Below, in pieces: positions 36,616 to 48,818 of a stretch of DNA of 64,000 nucleotides. The stretch spans positions 100,362-164,361 of the forward strand of contig QPMI01000582.1 in assembly GCA_004431415.1 (NCBI GenBank). Reading direction: 5' to 3'. Each line of letters starts with the position of its first letter. The first letter of the stretch is position 1. Under the pieces are notes generated by a model. It saw only the letters and a program-made list of their open reading frames with translations, searched no databases and was not told the origin of the DNA. Source of the DNA: Cyanophora paradoxa CCMP329. Lineage: Eukaryota; Plantae; Glaucophyta. The translations under genes and the position numbers were made by a program.

Positions 36616-37143
36616 CCCCACTCCTGTGACGTACCCGGCTGGTGTCGGCAGAACAGTGTACCCGGTCTGTGCTTGCGAGCTAATTCTGAAGTCTCCGATC
36701 CGCGCATCAGCAGCAAAAGACAGCTAACATCATTCGGGCGGCAAGTCAGCAGATGCCGACCGTGGGTCTAAATTCTACAGGGCGTTCCGACTGGAACGGC
36801 TCCGACAACCTGCACGTCCCCGGTGCGCACGGCGCTGGCTGGTCGCATTTCCTGGCATTTGCTGACTCCACACAGGCTATGGCGGACATGTTTCCATGCT
36901 CCGGGGCGTCAGCGATATCGGCAGGACTTACGGTCACGGCCAGGTGCTCGTGGCGGCCAGCCCGTCCTGTCATCCGGCTGACGCAGTGCAGGTTTTCGCA
37001 CGGAGCACGCGCCCTTGGCAGATTGAGAGGACTTCGGTGCGCTGACCCCGCTCGGAGCCGGATGGTGATATCGACTGGCATCGTCATGGAGGGCGGGGCT
37101 GAGCGTCACTCTGCGAAGGGACTCATCATGCGCGCAGCTTCCC

Positions 37144-38240
37144 ATGGATGCCAGCGAAGAGCGCTGCTGGGGTCCGATAGTGTCATGGAGTCAGAAGGTT
37201 GCGGAACAAGAGGCGATGCAGAAGGCACAGCTTGAAGCCGAGGCGCAAGCCCGCTCAGAAGAGTGCGTTGCCTCCTGCGCTCGCTTTCTTCCGTCCGGCG
37301 CTCACACGTGGCAGGATCGCGAGGCGGACGCGGGCGGCTCAGGAAGCGGCCTTGCGGCGGGGCCCAGTGTACCTCACTAGGACGACCGCGCGAGTGTCGG
37401 CCCCGCGGCCGCGCTCCGCGAGCGCCACCCGCCCCCGGCCGCTCGGCGCCTACCTCAACGTCAACGGCGCCCAGCCTCGGACCCCTCAGCCCGGACCGAA
37501 CCCGTGCGCCTGGGCCGGCCCGTCCCGTCGACCCCCAGTTCGCTGACGCGCGGGTAGGTTCGGGAGGCGGTTCACTCCGCGTGAGGAGCCGTGGGAGGCT
37601 GTGCACGGCACGGGGGGGCGCCCGCAGACGCCGACAGCGACGGCGGCGGCCGCGCACGCGCACCACCACCACGCCGACGGCGCCGACGAGCAGCGGCCGC
37701 CCACGATCAACGGCCGGCCCCGCACCGCCGACGGCCGCCCGCAGAGCGCGTGCGGCATGAGGCCCTTCAGCGCAGCCGGCAAGATCGCGCGGTGCGCCCT
37801 GCGCCACCCCGGCGGCAGCGCTCCCCCTGAGACGCTCCTTTTGTTCCTTGCGCAGGAGCGACCCGTGGGCGCTGAACCACACGGGCCACGCGCTGCACGA
37901 GCACGAGCAGTACGAGGAGCCGTCCCCGAAGGCCCTCTGCCCCTGGGATCGCATTTCGGGATACGGCGGTGCGTCCCGCCCACTCGCTCCCGCCGCGGGG
38001 CCGGGTGCGGGGCCGGCGAGTGACGCGCGGGCGGGGCGCAGGGCACGTGCCCGGCGTTTCGACAACGTTCGGGCTGTCGAACATTCACGCGCAACACGAT
38101 GCGCGCAAGGCGGCGTCGCGGCATATCGAGGAGAGCCTCGGCGCCTCGCTCCGGCCGCGCTCTGCCTCGGTTACGCGCTCCCGCGGGGGCCTCTTCTAGC
38201 GCGGCGGCCCCGCGTGCAGCCAGCGAGCATCTTTTTCTAG
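37144..38240 (+). CDS. Uncharacterised protein, multi-exon
   Basis: MDASEERCWGPIVSWSQKVAEQEAMQKAQLEAE first exon and further short exons with typical splice sites; structure uncertain. Confidence 0.35.
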
Positions 38241-38456
38241 GGAGGATAGGTAGGCAGGCAGCCAGCTAGCTCGCTTTTTCCGGCGCCCCGCACCCGGGCC
38301 CCGCGTCGCGCGTCGCGTCTCTACTCCGCTCTCTGTATTTGAAAGAATAGGCCGTGGAGGGACATTTCGAGGCTGATTCCCGTGGCTGGCGGGCGGTGCA
38401 GGTAGCGAGCTATCGTTTTAAAGAAGGGGGCGCGGGGCGCGCGCGTGGGGGGCGGG

Positions 38457-40609
38457 TCAGTCGGGGGTGATGCCCGGGGGCAGCTCGCCGGGGCGGAGCT
38501 TGGCGGGGGTGGAGGCGCGGCGCTGGGGGCTGGCGCGGGGCTCCTCGGGGGCGTGCTGGAGGAGCCGCCTGGGGTCGGCGAGGCTCGGGCTGATGCGCCG
38601 CGTGCTCCCCTCCTCCGCCGGCAGCTGCAGGCCGCCCCCGCTCCGCGCCTTCGCCTGCGGGGCGTGAGGCGGGGGGTGAGGCGGGGCCGCGGGAGGGAGG
38701 GGGCGGGGCCGGGGCGGGGCGGGCGGACGAGGCGCAGGGCGTTCTCGAGGCGCTGCATGAGGGCGTTGAGGTCGGCCAGCGAGTCCAGCGAGAAGAGGTG
38801 CTGCACCACCTGCCCCCGCTTGGCCCCCCGCCTCGCCCCGCACCGCGCCCCGCCGCGGCCGCGGCAGGCACCTGGCGACTGGGCGAGGGCCGCCGCTCGC
38901 CCGGCGCCGCCGACGGGTTCACCGACACGCGCATCTGGAAGGCCCGCTCCTGCGCGCCGCCGCCGCCCCGCGTCGGGCGGCGCGGGGCGCGGGGGGAGGG
39001 GGTGGAGGGGGCGGGACCCGCTCGGTGGGGTAGCGCTCGGGGGCGATGGCGGAGATCTGCTCGACGGCGAAGAGGTGCTTCTTCTCGTCCTGCCCGCCCC
39101 CTCGCATCGCATCCCCGGCGGCCCGCGGGCGCGCGAGGGCGGCGCGGGGGCGCGCGCGCCTTCTTGCCGATCGTGAAGACGTTGCCGGCCTCGATCAGCA
39201 GGCGCTCGGGCTGCCCCGCCAGCGATCAGGCCTGCGGGGCGGGCGGGAGGGCGGGCGGGAGGGCGGGAGGGCCGCGCACTGCCCACGTGGAGCGGCCCAG
39301 CAGGCCGCCGGTCTTCTGCCGCTGCACCGACATCTGTGGGGGAGGGGGGGAGGGAGGCTCCAATCAGCGGGGCGGCGCGCGGGGGGCAGTCTGCGGGGGC
39401 CAGGCGCCTCGAAGGGAAGGGCAGCATCGAGCATCTCCTGGCTGACGAAGGAGCCGCCCTGCCCCTGGGGCGAGGTCTGCGGCGCGCCGGGCCTCAGCGG
39501 CGGCTCGCTGCCCCGGGGAGGCGGGCCAGGGGGCGCGCACCTGGCCGGCAAAGATGACGGAGCCGTCGTCACCCATGAACTTGACCGACTTGCGGCGCCC
39601 CGCGGCCCCCATCTGGCCCCCGCCCCCACCCGCATCACCCCCCGCCCCCGCCCCGCCCCGCACCCCGTCGCTCGCTGGGCGGGCGCACCGAGGGCGAGGG
39701 CGTGCGGTTGCCGTCCATGCCGGGCAGGTCGCTGCCGGAGTGGCTCTTCTGCATGCCGCCGCTGCCCGTGTCCGTGACGCTCATGCGGCGCTTGGATGCG
39801 ACGAACGAGTCGACGTGCGGGAACTTCGGCTCCGGCGCCGCATCGTCCGTCACATCCTGCCGCCCGGCTCGCCTCGGCTTGGCCCGGCGCCCGCCATACC
39901 GCTGCGCAAGCGCGCCCGCGCACCGTGTAGTTGTCTGAGGCCGAGTTGCTGCGATGGATCTTCAGGCCCTGGTTCGAGGGCTGCAGGTTCCCCGGCGACG
40001 GCGGCCGCGCGTAGACGTTCGACGGTCTGGCGCGGAGCCGGTAAGAACGATGTGCGTCAAAGCTGAGGACGGCGGTAACGCACGTCGCGAAAGCGGGGGC
40101 GGGAGGCGTTTGCGGCGGCTGGACGTTCAAGTGCGGTGCCTGCGCGCGCGCCTTTCAGTTAACGAGTTCAATGAATCGGACTCGTTCCCTATGCGACCAG
40201 CGGACGCAGGTCGGTCGGAGTATAAAGCGGCGCAGACGGTCTTATCGGATAAGGTCGGTTTAGGCCCAGCTGGCTTGTTCGAACAACGTTTAACACTTTA
40301 ACACGCGAAGGATGAAGAAGGCGCAGCTCAGCGAACTGCCTTCACGACACTGCGCACCGGCGGAAGGCGAGCCCCATTGAGGAAATCGGGGCTTCCCGGC
40401 GAGAAGTGCTCCCGTCGCTCAGGTGTAGGTTGCCGGCGGTTCTGGCCTACGTCTTCTTGCTGGTTGAGGGAAAGCGAGCGGACCGGGCGCGCGCTGTCGC
40501 GTGCGATGGCTCGCGTGTCCCGGTTAGGCCGTTGCAGCTGGAGTCCGTCATCCGCGGGTGTGTTCTCGCTTCCTCCGAACCCAATGCAAGGCAGGCAGGA
40601 CGAGAACAT
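38457..40609 (-). CDS. Uncharacterised protein with possible PH-like domain and N-terminal Cys motif, multi-exon
   Basis: MFSSCLPCIGFGG start; spliced ..PFE|MSVQRQKTGGLLGRSTW..PERLLIEAGNVFTIGKK|DEKKHLFAVEQISAI...HLFSLDSLADLNALMQRLENAL has a PH-like beta-strands-then-helix pattern. Confidence 0.5.
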
Positions 40610-40835
40610 CCCTGCCGCTCGCTCGTTCGCCGGCCGCGCTCCTCGATAGACTGGGGCGTTCCTCGGGCGTTCCTCGACAGCAGCGTGGTGAAGGACAGAG
40701 GGGGGTACAGCGCATCAAGCGTCCGACAAGAACATCGCCCGTTCTGAAACAGGATCGGCTCGCTTGGCTCTCTCTCCGGAAGCTGCTCGATAAGAGCAGC
40801 CTGCTTCCTGGGAGCGCGGCGCGAGGGTTTGTTCA

Positions 40836-42126
40836 ATGGATTTGGCAGCCGCAGACGCAGGGAGCGCGGGCCACAGTATGCACAGTATACAAGAAGACCC
40901 CTTCCATCATGCGACCACGGCCTGGGGAGGCGCCGTTGAGATCGTTCCTGGGCTGTTTCTCGGCCCGGGCGCCCCGGCGCGCGTGTGGCCCCCCACGCAG
41001 CTTCAGAAGCTCAAGATCACGCACATGTGAGTATTCAATGCTATTAACTCCTCCCGTCGTTTGCCTGTCTGCCTGACTAGTGTGACGTGTCATGCAGAGT
41101 GAAGGCAAGTTTTAATTGGAGGGGGGGCGATGCGGGCGATGCGGGGCGATGCGCGTCTCGTGCTCTGCATTCAAATCTAGCTTGGCCGCACCCGCCCTCG
41201 CGCCGTCTCCCTTGAACCGCCGCACGCCGGAGGGAGCTGACGCCCTTCTCTCGCAGTGCTTGCCGGACGATCTCTCCGAGTTCGATGAATTCTTATACGC
41301 AAAGGTTCGATGAATCCTCAAATCTAGTCCCGTCCGACCTCTAATCGCTAGCGGTCCTCTGATCGTCCGCCCCGTCCGAATCGAAGTCCAACCCCCGGCG
41401 CTAGCGGCGCGGCACTCTCCCGTGCCGGCGATGGTCTCACTGTTCCTCAGGTGCCCATAGAAGACGATCCGAAGGCGCCGATTATATTGTATATCGAGCA
41501 CGCGCACGACTTTGTAGACGCTGCCATCGCGAGAGGCGGCCGCGTATACGTGCATTGCAACGCGGGCATCTCTCGAAGCCCGACGGTCGTCATCAGCTAT
41601 CTCATGCGTAGGCGGGGCATGACCTTGAAAGCGGCTTTCGAGCACGTCCGCGCCCGTCGCCCTCAGGCAGCACCGAACGCAGGCGCGCGCTAGCGCTTCG
41701 CCCAGGAGTCCCGCCGCGCCTTCTCTGACGTCGCTCGCCCAGGCTTCTTCTCGTTCCTGTGCTCCCTGGAGAGGGAACTCTACCCCGACGCGCCGCCCTC
41801 GTTCCCCCTTATCGAGTACAAGGTGGGGGGCGCCGCTCAAGCCGGGGGCGCGCGGGGCGCGGGGGGGCGGGGGCCGAGGGGCGGGCGGGCCCGCAGGTGA
41901 TGATGCTGAAGGACTTCGCGGGGGAGGAGGTGCCGGAGGGCGTCGTCCGCGAGAAGCTCGCCGAGGCCGGCGGCGAGCTCTCCCTCGCCCAGATGAAGGC
42001 CCGCCCCCTCCCTCGCCCCCCGCGCCCCCGCCCCTCACCCCCGCCCAGGTCCTCGACTGCATGCTCGAGATTGCGCGCGCCACGTCCCAGGGCGCGGCCA
42101 TGCTCGCCGCGCAGGCGCGGGCGTAG
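40836..42126 (+). CDS. Dual-specificity protein phosphatase with short helical C-terminal extension, multi-exon
   Basis: VEIVPGLFLG, KLKITHI|VK|C, VPIEDDP, catalytic VYVHCNAGISRSPTVVISYLM, RRPQAAPNA|GF. Confidence 0.92.
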
Positions 42127-42772
42127 ATGTGAAGGACTGTTCGGGGGCGGCCTCTCGGGCCTCGGCCCCTTCTATTTGCTAGAGCTTAGATTATTCGTTT
42201 ATTTCTTTTTCGTTTATGCCGCGCGCGGCCCTGCTCCAGCGATCTTTTAAACTGTCGGTCATGTTTCAGAACTCGTCTTCGCTGCCAGCACATGCATTTG
42301 CAGCCGTAGTCAGCTGGATTTTTGTAGCCGTAGGGCCTAGGGACCTCTGATCGCGCTTTTCGTTGTGAGCATCGCTGCGTCAGAGCCCCGCCTGGGGGCA
42401 TCAGTTCTGAATAAATCCGCTCCAAACCTTTTCCTGTCCTCGATCAATCGATCCGATGATCCCATGCGCATACGCATATACACGCGTACGTGCGCGATTA
42501 TTGCTCTAGCTATATATATAGGCCTACGAAGCTACGGGGCGAGAAGCCGCGGACGACACGGGCAGGCCCGCAGTGCATGCTTCCCACGAGGGTACGCAAT
42601 TGCCGGTGCATCGATAGGGTTCTCGTGTCGCTAGCTATTGCAGCACGCGATAGCCAAAACGGAAGCGTTCATTGCCGCGAGCGGGGCGGCCGCGCTAGCG
42701 CGGTCCGCCACGCCGCCGGGTTCAGATCTGCGGGCCTTCGTCATCGCAGGCCCACAGCATGTCGCCGCGCGT

Positions 42773-44231
42773 ATGCGGCAATGCTTGCCCGCATGGCTTC
42801 CGGCCTCTCGGCGGCCCGCGGCTGTCGGCGGGCGACAGGGGCTCGGTTGGTCCAGCACGCTCTTTTCGGCGGTAAGGCGACGACCCCCCGCGGATCACCG
42901 TCTGCTCGGATGGCATTCGCAAGTAGCAGCTGGGCGATCGAATCTCCTTATCCTGGCTCGGCGAAGAGCCCGCAAGCGGCCCAGCGAAGATACCGCTCGG
43001 ATCGCCGAGATAGCTGCCGCCTTGGCAGACGCGGATCTCGACCGGACAGCAGTGCAAGCACCGAATGCGCACAGCGGTCAGCCGCATCGGAGATTGCCAC
43101 AGCCGCGTCGCAACTTGTCAGGCGCCGGCTCGCGGCCAGTGCTGCCCATCCCTGTCGGCAGCCTCAAGACAGCGCTTCCTGCGGAAGACTACAACAAGCG
43201 CCTCATCTTCATAGGCGACGTTCACGGCTGCATCGACGAACTGCAGGTCCGCGTGCCAACCGACCCTGCGCGCCTTCTTTGCGGCTGTCCTGGGGCCGCC
43301 ATTCCGACCTTTCTTTTCCTTTCTCGCGAACAGGATCTGCTCAAGGAGTGCGACTACTCTCCAGCAACAGACCGTGTCATCTTCGTCGGTGATCTGGTGG
43401 CGAAGGGTCCGGACTCGCAGGCGGTGCTACAGCTAGCACGGGAGATCGATGCGTTAAGCGTACGCGGCAACCACGATGAGGCTACGCTACGCGTTCGCCA
43501 CGTGCGCCAAGTGGGCCCCAAAGCCTCTCTTGTTCTCGTGCTCACGCTCTCGCAGGCGTGGATGAACCCCGGCTCTGGCCTGGACATCAGCGCCAAGCAC
43601 AAAAAAATCGCAACGACGCTGAAGGAAGAAGACTGGGAGTACCTTTCCTCGCTGCCCTACTATCTCACCATCGGCTCCACCATTTCGCGAAACGGCGTGA
43701 ACCCCGGTTCGTGCCGCAGCCGCCGCTCCCCGCGCTGTACCCTCATGGAGCCGCGCCAGAAGCAAATTTCAACGGTCTCGGCCCGTGCGTCGTGGTCCAC
43801 GCGGGGCTGGCGCCCGGCCTGCCCCTGCGATGGCAGCGCCCTATCGACATGATGGTGAGCCCGAATCGCCCGCCGGCCACGAGCCGCCGTGGCTGACGGC
43901 TCGGCTGGGGCCCTCCCTGCAGTACATGCGGGTGATCACGCAGGACGGGACGCCGTCGCCGCGGGGCCACGACGGGGTCCCCTGGGCCGGCGAGTGGCGC
44001 GGCCCCGAGCTCGTCCTCTTCGGGCACGACGCAGCCCGCGGCCTCCAGCTCTGGCCCCACGCCGTTGTCCGCCCCCGCGCCGCCCCGAGCCTAATTCAAA
44101 GCCCGCAGCGCCTGACCCGCGCGCAGGGCTTGGACACGGGCGCGGTCTACGGCGGGAAGCTGACGGCGTACCTCCTGCCCGAGAAGCGCATCGTCTCAGT
44201 GCCCTCCAGGCGCATGTACCTCCCTCCGTAA
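42773..44231 (+). CDS. ApaH-like / Ppn2-type metallophosphatase, multi-exon; start uncertain
   Basis: IFIGDVHGC, VIFVGDLVAKGPDS, SVRGNHD, VVVHAGL, VLFGHDAARGLQ, GLDTGAVYGGKLTA motifs. Confidence 0.9.
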
Positions 44232-44715
44232 CTGCGACCCTCGGTCGGCTCCTCTGTACATTACCATCGTAGGACACCCGTTGCGATCTTCCTCTGGGTT
44301 ATTCAGCTAGCTCGCTCCTTTTTAGATCGCTCCCGCACCGCCTCCCTCGAGTTCCAGTACAGTGAATATTAATATTGAACCGCTTTTTTCAGCGAGCGCT
44401 AACGTGCGTGCACGTGCGCGCTTGAAGCTTTCCGCGGATCGGAGCGCATGCACACTCGTCAGGCCAGTCGCAGCGAGCGACCCCTCTCAGCTGCAGGGCG
44501 CCCGGCCTTCTGCATCAAGAGGCACTGCGAGGCATGCCGCATGCGCAGTGCGAGGCACTGCCTCAAGCTCGAGGGGGGGTGCCGAGTTCCGTGACACGAG
44601 GAGTCTTCAGCTTGCGCATGCGGCCCCATAGTGAGCCGTGGCGACGGTGGCAAGCGGTACAGCTGCGTAATACTAGCTATAGCTGTGACAGCGCCATCAG
44701 TTTGTGAAGGGCTTC

Positions 44716-46195
44716 ATGAAGCACATCCGCGCGCGCGGGCAGGGGGAAGCCGACGACCTCTCCGATCACTCTGAGAGCACGAGCTCGCCTTCGCCCATAC
44801 CGGCTCCACAAGCTCAGCAACCGCCCGCCGGAGCCTGGGCGCTTGGCTTGGAGCGACCAGCCTCGAGCGCGGCTGGCGATGCGGCGCATGCAGACTTTAT
44901 CGAGGAAGTCGTGCGCATGCGCAGTGCGCTTCGTGTGATCCCATCTTAAGGGCGCCGCAGCGGCCTGGCGAGGCGGAGGCGGACGAAGAGCATGTGAAAG
45001 AACGGATGCGCCTGCGGCTCTCGCGGTCCCTGGTTGCGCATGCAGCAAGCAACGTGGATACGCCGAGGCCTCCCGACGACCTGAGTGAGCGCGCGAGCCC
45101 GCGCTCGCCGGAGGCGCCGTGCGCGGCGTCGAAATCGATGCGGGCGTGGCGGCAGCAGGGCAGGCTCCGTCCGTGGCACCGACAGCTCGTGGCATGACCA
45201 TCGCCGAGGACGATGCGGAGGAGCTGCTGAGCGTCTGCGGCACAGAGCGGGAGGAGGCGCAAGACCCGGAGCCGTCGCCCGTAGCCGAGCGCTCGCCGCC
45301 CCGGGGCGGCTCCTCCGTCAAGCCCCCGGGGCACCCCGCGCGGCCGCCCGAGCGGGCGTTCGAGCGGGGGGGCGAGGGCGGAGAGGAGAGGCCTGCGGGG
45401 CGGGAGCGGCCGCGGAGCTCGTCGCACGACCCCGTCGAGCTCTTCGGGGCGGGGGCCGAGGACGCGCCGGGGGCTGAGGACCCCCGCGAGCTGCGCCGCG
45501 CCCGCGAGGCCGCCGCCGCCGCCCACGCCGCCTCCGAGGCCCGCCGGGCGGCGGAGGCAGCGCGGCGTGCCCCGGCGAGAACCCTCGAGGACGAGGAGGA
45601 GGAGGAGGAGGAGGACGAGCTGATCCGCACCGCGCTGCTCCGCCGGCAGCAGGCCGCGGTAGCCGCGGCGGCGGCGGCAGCAGCAGCGGCCTCGGCCGCC
45701 CAGAGCCTCCCAGGGCGCACCCGAAAGCGGGCCCCTCGAGCCTTCGCCGGCGCCGGCGGCTGCGGGGAGCCCTCGGGCGGGGGTGGGGGCGGAGGAGGGG
45801 CGGGGCGGCGGGCCTCGCGGAGGCTGTCGCGGGCGGCGTCGGGGCGCTCGCAGAGCCAGCGGGCGCCGTGGGGAGCCACGCAGCCTCGCAGGCCGCCCTC
45901 GAGCGCCGCCAGGAGTTCCTCCTCGTGCGCCCTCCTTCCCTCCGGGGCCCGCCCGCCGCCTCTTGACCGCCGGCGGGGCGCGGGGCAGGGCCTGGAGGCG
46001 TCGACGGCGGACCTCGAGGCGATCATGAGCTACCTGTACGGGGGCGAGGCCCCGGGGCGCCCGCCCTCCACCCCGGGCCGCCCCGCCCCGCCCGGCCCCG
46101 CGCTCGGCCGCCCCGGCTCGAGCCTGAGCGCGGGGGGGAGGCGCCCCTCGACCGGCTCCATCGCCTCCCTCGAGCGCGCCCTCGCCGGCGCCTGA
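44716..46195 (+). CDS. Uncharacterised low-complexity protein, multi-exon
   Basis: MKHIRARGQGEADD first exon; long open exon with E- and A-rich tracts, ending TADLEAIMSYLYG...SLERALAGA*. Confidence 0.45.
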
Positions 46196-46984
46196 CCGGG
46201 CCCGCGGCCCGCCCCGCCTGGCTCGAGCTCCGGGATCCCCCCCGCCCCGCTCGAACTCCGGATCCCCGTGCGCGCCTGGCCCCCTCCTGCTGCAGCTGCA
46301 GGGCCGGCACTAGTTCTAGTTATAGTTCTAGTACTGCTAGCGCTTGCCTCTCCAATTTCATTCAAGACATCGGCCGCAGCCGCGGCACTGCGGCACCGTA
46401 AACGTATACGTATACGTACCAGCACTAGTATACTAGTGCTGCAGCTGGCATGCGCACGCGTACGTTCGATCCGGATCCTGGCGCGGCCATGGGCCGGCCC
46501 GGCCGGGCCCCAGGGGCGCGCGGGGGCACGCCGTGTGACGTGCGCATGCACTGCAGCTGACGGCCGGGCGAGCTTAGCCTGCGCATGCAAGCCATTAACT
46601 GTATAACTAGTTTATAATACTACCTGTTCACTTCACTACCGGCTAGTGCTGGGTTCAGTCAGGCTCCAACCCTGACCCAGGTATTCGTGAACTCAGCCGT
46701 CTGCGTGCAGTTGCGTGGGATTTGGGGTACATCGGTTCTGGGAAGGAAAGAGCCTTCAAGCAGAAGCAGTGCGAACGTAGGTACCGGGCGATAATTTAGA
46801 ATTAGAAATTAAGGCTGGAGTCGGGAAACCGCCGACCGTCAAAAACCGGTTCGGTGCTTCGTCCACGTCCCGGCGCCGCCCGCGCGGCGCCCCGGGCCCA
46901 TGCAGGCATGCGCATGCGCAGCAGCGCAGGCCGGGCGCCCGGCCGGCGCGGCGGCGCCCCGGCCCCCGGGCCCCGGGCCCCGGC

Positions 46985-47494
46985 TAGAGCTGTGCTCGCT
47001 GGGGGGGGGCCGGGCCCAGCGGCCGCTATAGCGCCGCGAGCGGCACCCGTCGCTGGCCCGTCGCTCAGCTGGGGGTACCGCCAAAACCTGACGAAAAAAT
47101 GCTGAAAACCGATCGAAAACCTATCTGTTCCGCTAAGTTTGTTCGTACAAGCTCTTATAATTAAGCCGCAAACTCAGGTTTAATGCTTGGTTTTGCGAGC
47201 CATGCGTCGATTTCAGCGAGATTGAGGCCAGCCGCAGGCGGCTTGCAGGCTGCTTTTGGGCGAAACGGGGCGTCTGGATGCTTGAAAACCGTTGAACAGT
47301 CGGAATTTAGCAAGATTGATCGGCTACGCCGACCTACGTCGACCTTCAGATGAGAAAAAAGCGGGGTGGGGCTTTTTTTGGCGCCTGTCGGCCACAAAAA
47401 ACGCCGAGCGAGGAGGGGTCGCTGGCGGAAAACGCCGAGCGTAGCGGCCTCTGGGACCTCGCGAGCGAAGCGACCACCAGCGACCACAGCCCTA
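46985..47494. mobile_element. 510-bp hAT-family MITE inserted in the left TIR of the long-TIR element
   Basis: TIRs TAGAGCTGTGCTCGCTGG and CCAGCGACCACAGCCCTA (16/18); perfect 8-bp TSD GCCCCGGC at 46977-46984 and 47495-47502; absent from the right arm. Confidence 0.93.
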
Positions 47495-48559
47495 GCCCCG
47501 GCCCCCGGCCGGGGCCGGCCGCCGCGCCGGGCCCCGGCCCCGGGGCCCGGGCCCGGCCGGGCCCGGCCCGGGCCCACGGCCGCGGCCGCGGCCCGGCCGG
47601 TCCGGTCTGGCCGGCCAAGCCTGGCCGCAAGTCAAGCCGGGCCCCAGAAGCCCGGGCCGGGCCGGTGCCGGCTGGCCGGCTTGGCGCTACCACCCGTACC
47701 CGGGGAGCATGCCAGGAAGATCGACCTGGGAGAAATGAATCGCTTTCTTGTTCTTCAAGCGAGAGGGGGGGGGGAAGAGAGCACCGGGGGGTGCCGCGAT
47801 TCGAAACCTGTGCCTGGAGCTCGGCTCCAAGGGCGCGCGTGGGCTCGGCGCTAGCAGCACTCGCTTTGAATCGGCGCGCATGCTCTCCAGTTCCAGTCTC
47901 GACGAAGCCCTCCGTCCTTTTCGCCCCGCGGTCGGCTCGCCTTGTCACGGCGTTTGGCACGCAGACGACAGGCACGGGGCCGTGCGCACGATCCCCGAAC
48001 TTCATGTACGCTATAGATGCGTAGTTGCGCGTCCGGAGCGGCCGCGCCTTGCCGTTTTCCCGGGCCCAGAAGCCGCGCACGAGCCAGCGATCACCGCTAC
48101 GTGCGCCCCGGTCGCTCATGACCTCAGCCGCTTGCCAACGCACTCTCCGCAGAGAGCTCTTTGCGTGGCGAGCTCCGTTCTCCATGGCGCGCTCCCCCCT
48201 TGCCCTGCGCACAATCTGTGCGTTTGTTGACAGCCGGGCCTCCTCATTCACCGCTACAGCCTGGGTCTGGAGCACGCGCACTCGACATATGCAATGTACG
48301 TTCTCTGCGGAGCGTCGTCCTGCGCCGCCCTCGCAGCTCCGTGTGCCGCGCGCCGCTGACGTCCCAAAGCAGGTCCATTCGTGCTCCTGGCTCACGGATA
48401 CGCGCACGTGGACTGACTGGGCCAGCGCGACCTTCTAACAGCATGCTAAATCTCGTTCGGGGGTCTTCCCAGCCCTCGCCGCCGCCTGCGCCGAGCGCCG
48501 CTGACGGCCTCCTACATGCTGCAGATCGAATCGTGCTGCGACGGCTGCACGAGGCCTAG

Positions 48560-48779
48560 CTTCACCTGCACAGCACGCCGGTGCCATTAAGCCCGCGCCG
48601 AGGGCGCCGCTCCATCGGCCGATGCCCAGGCCGCGCTGGGTCGCAGGGCAAGCGCAGGCCGCTCGATCTCGCGCCAACGCTCTCGCCTCGCCTACGGCCT
48701 CACGGCGGGGCGCGCCAGACCCCTTCAGGGGGGTACAGAGGTGCGCCCCGAGCCCCTAGAGGGGGACGGCGGGGGGGTG

Positions 48780-48818
<39 letters not shown>

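Noticed and set aside
1000-46200. Many long R/P/G/A-rich ORFs (up to 1197 aa) on both strands
   Set aside because: Artefacts of extreme GC content and stop-poor introns; the real proteins appear only after splicing.
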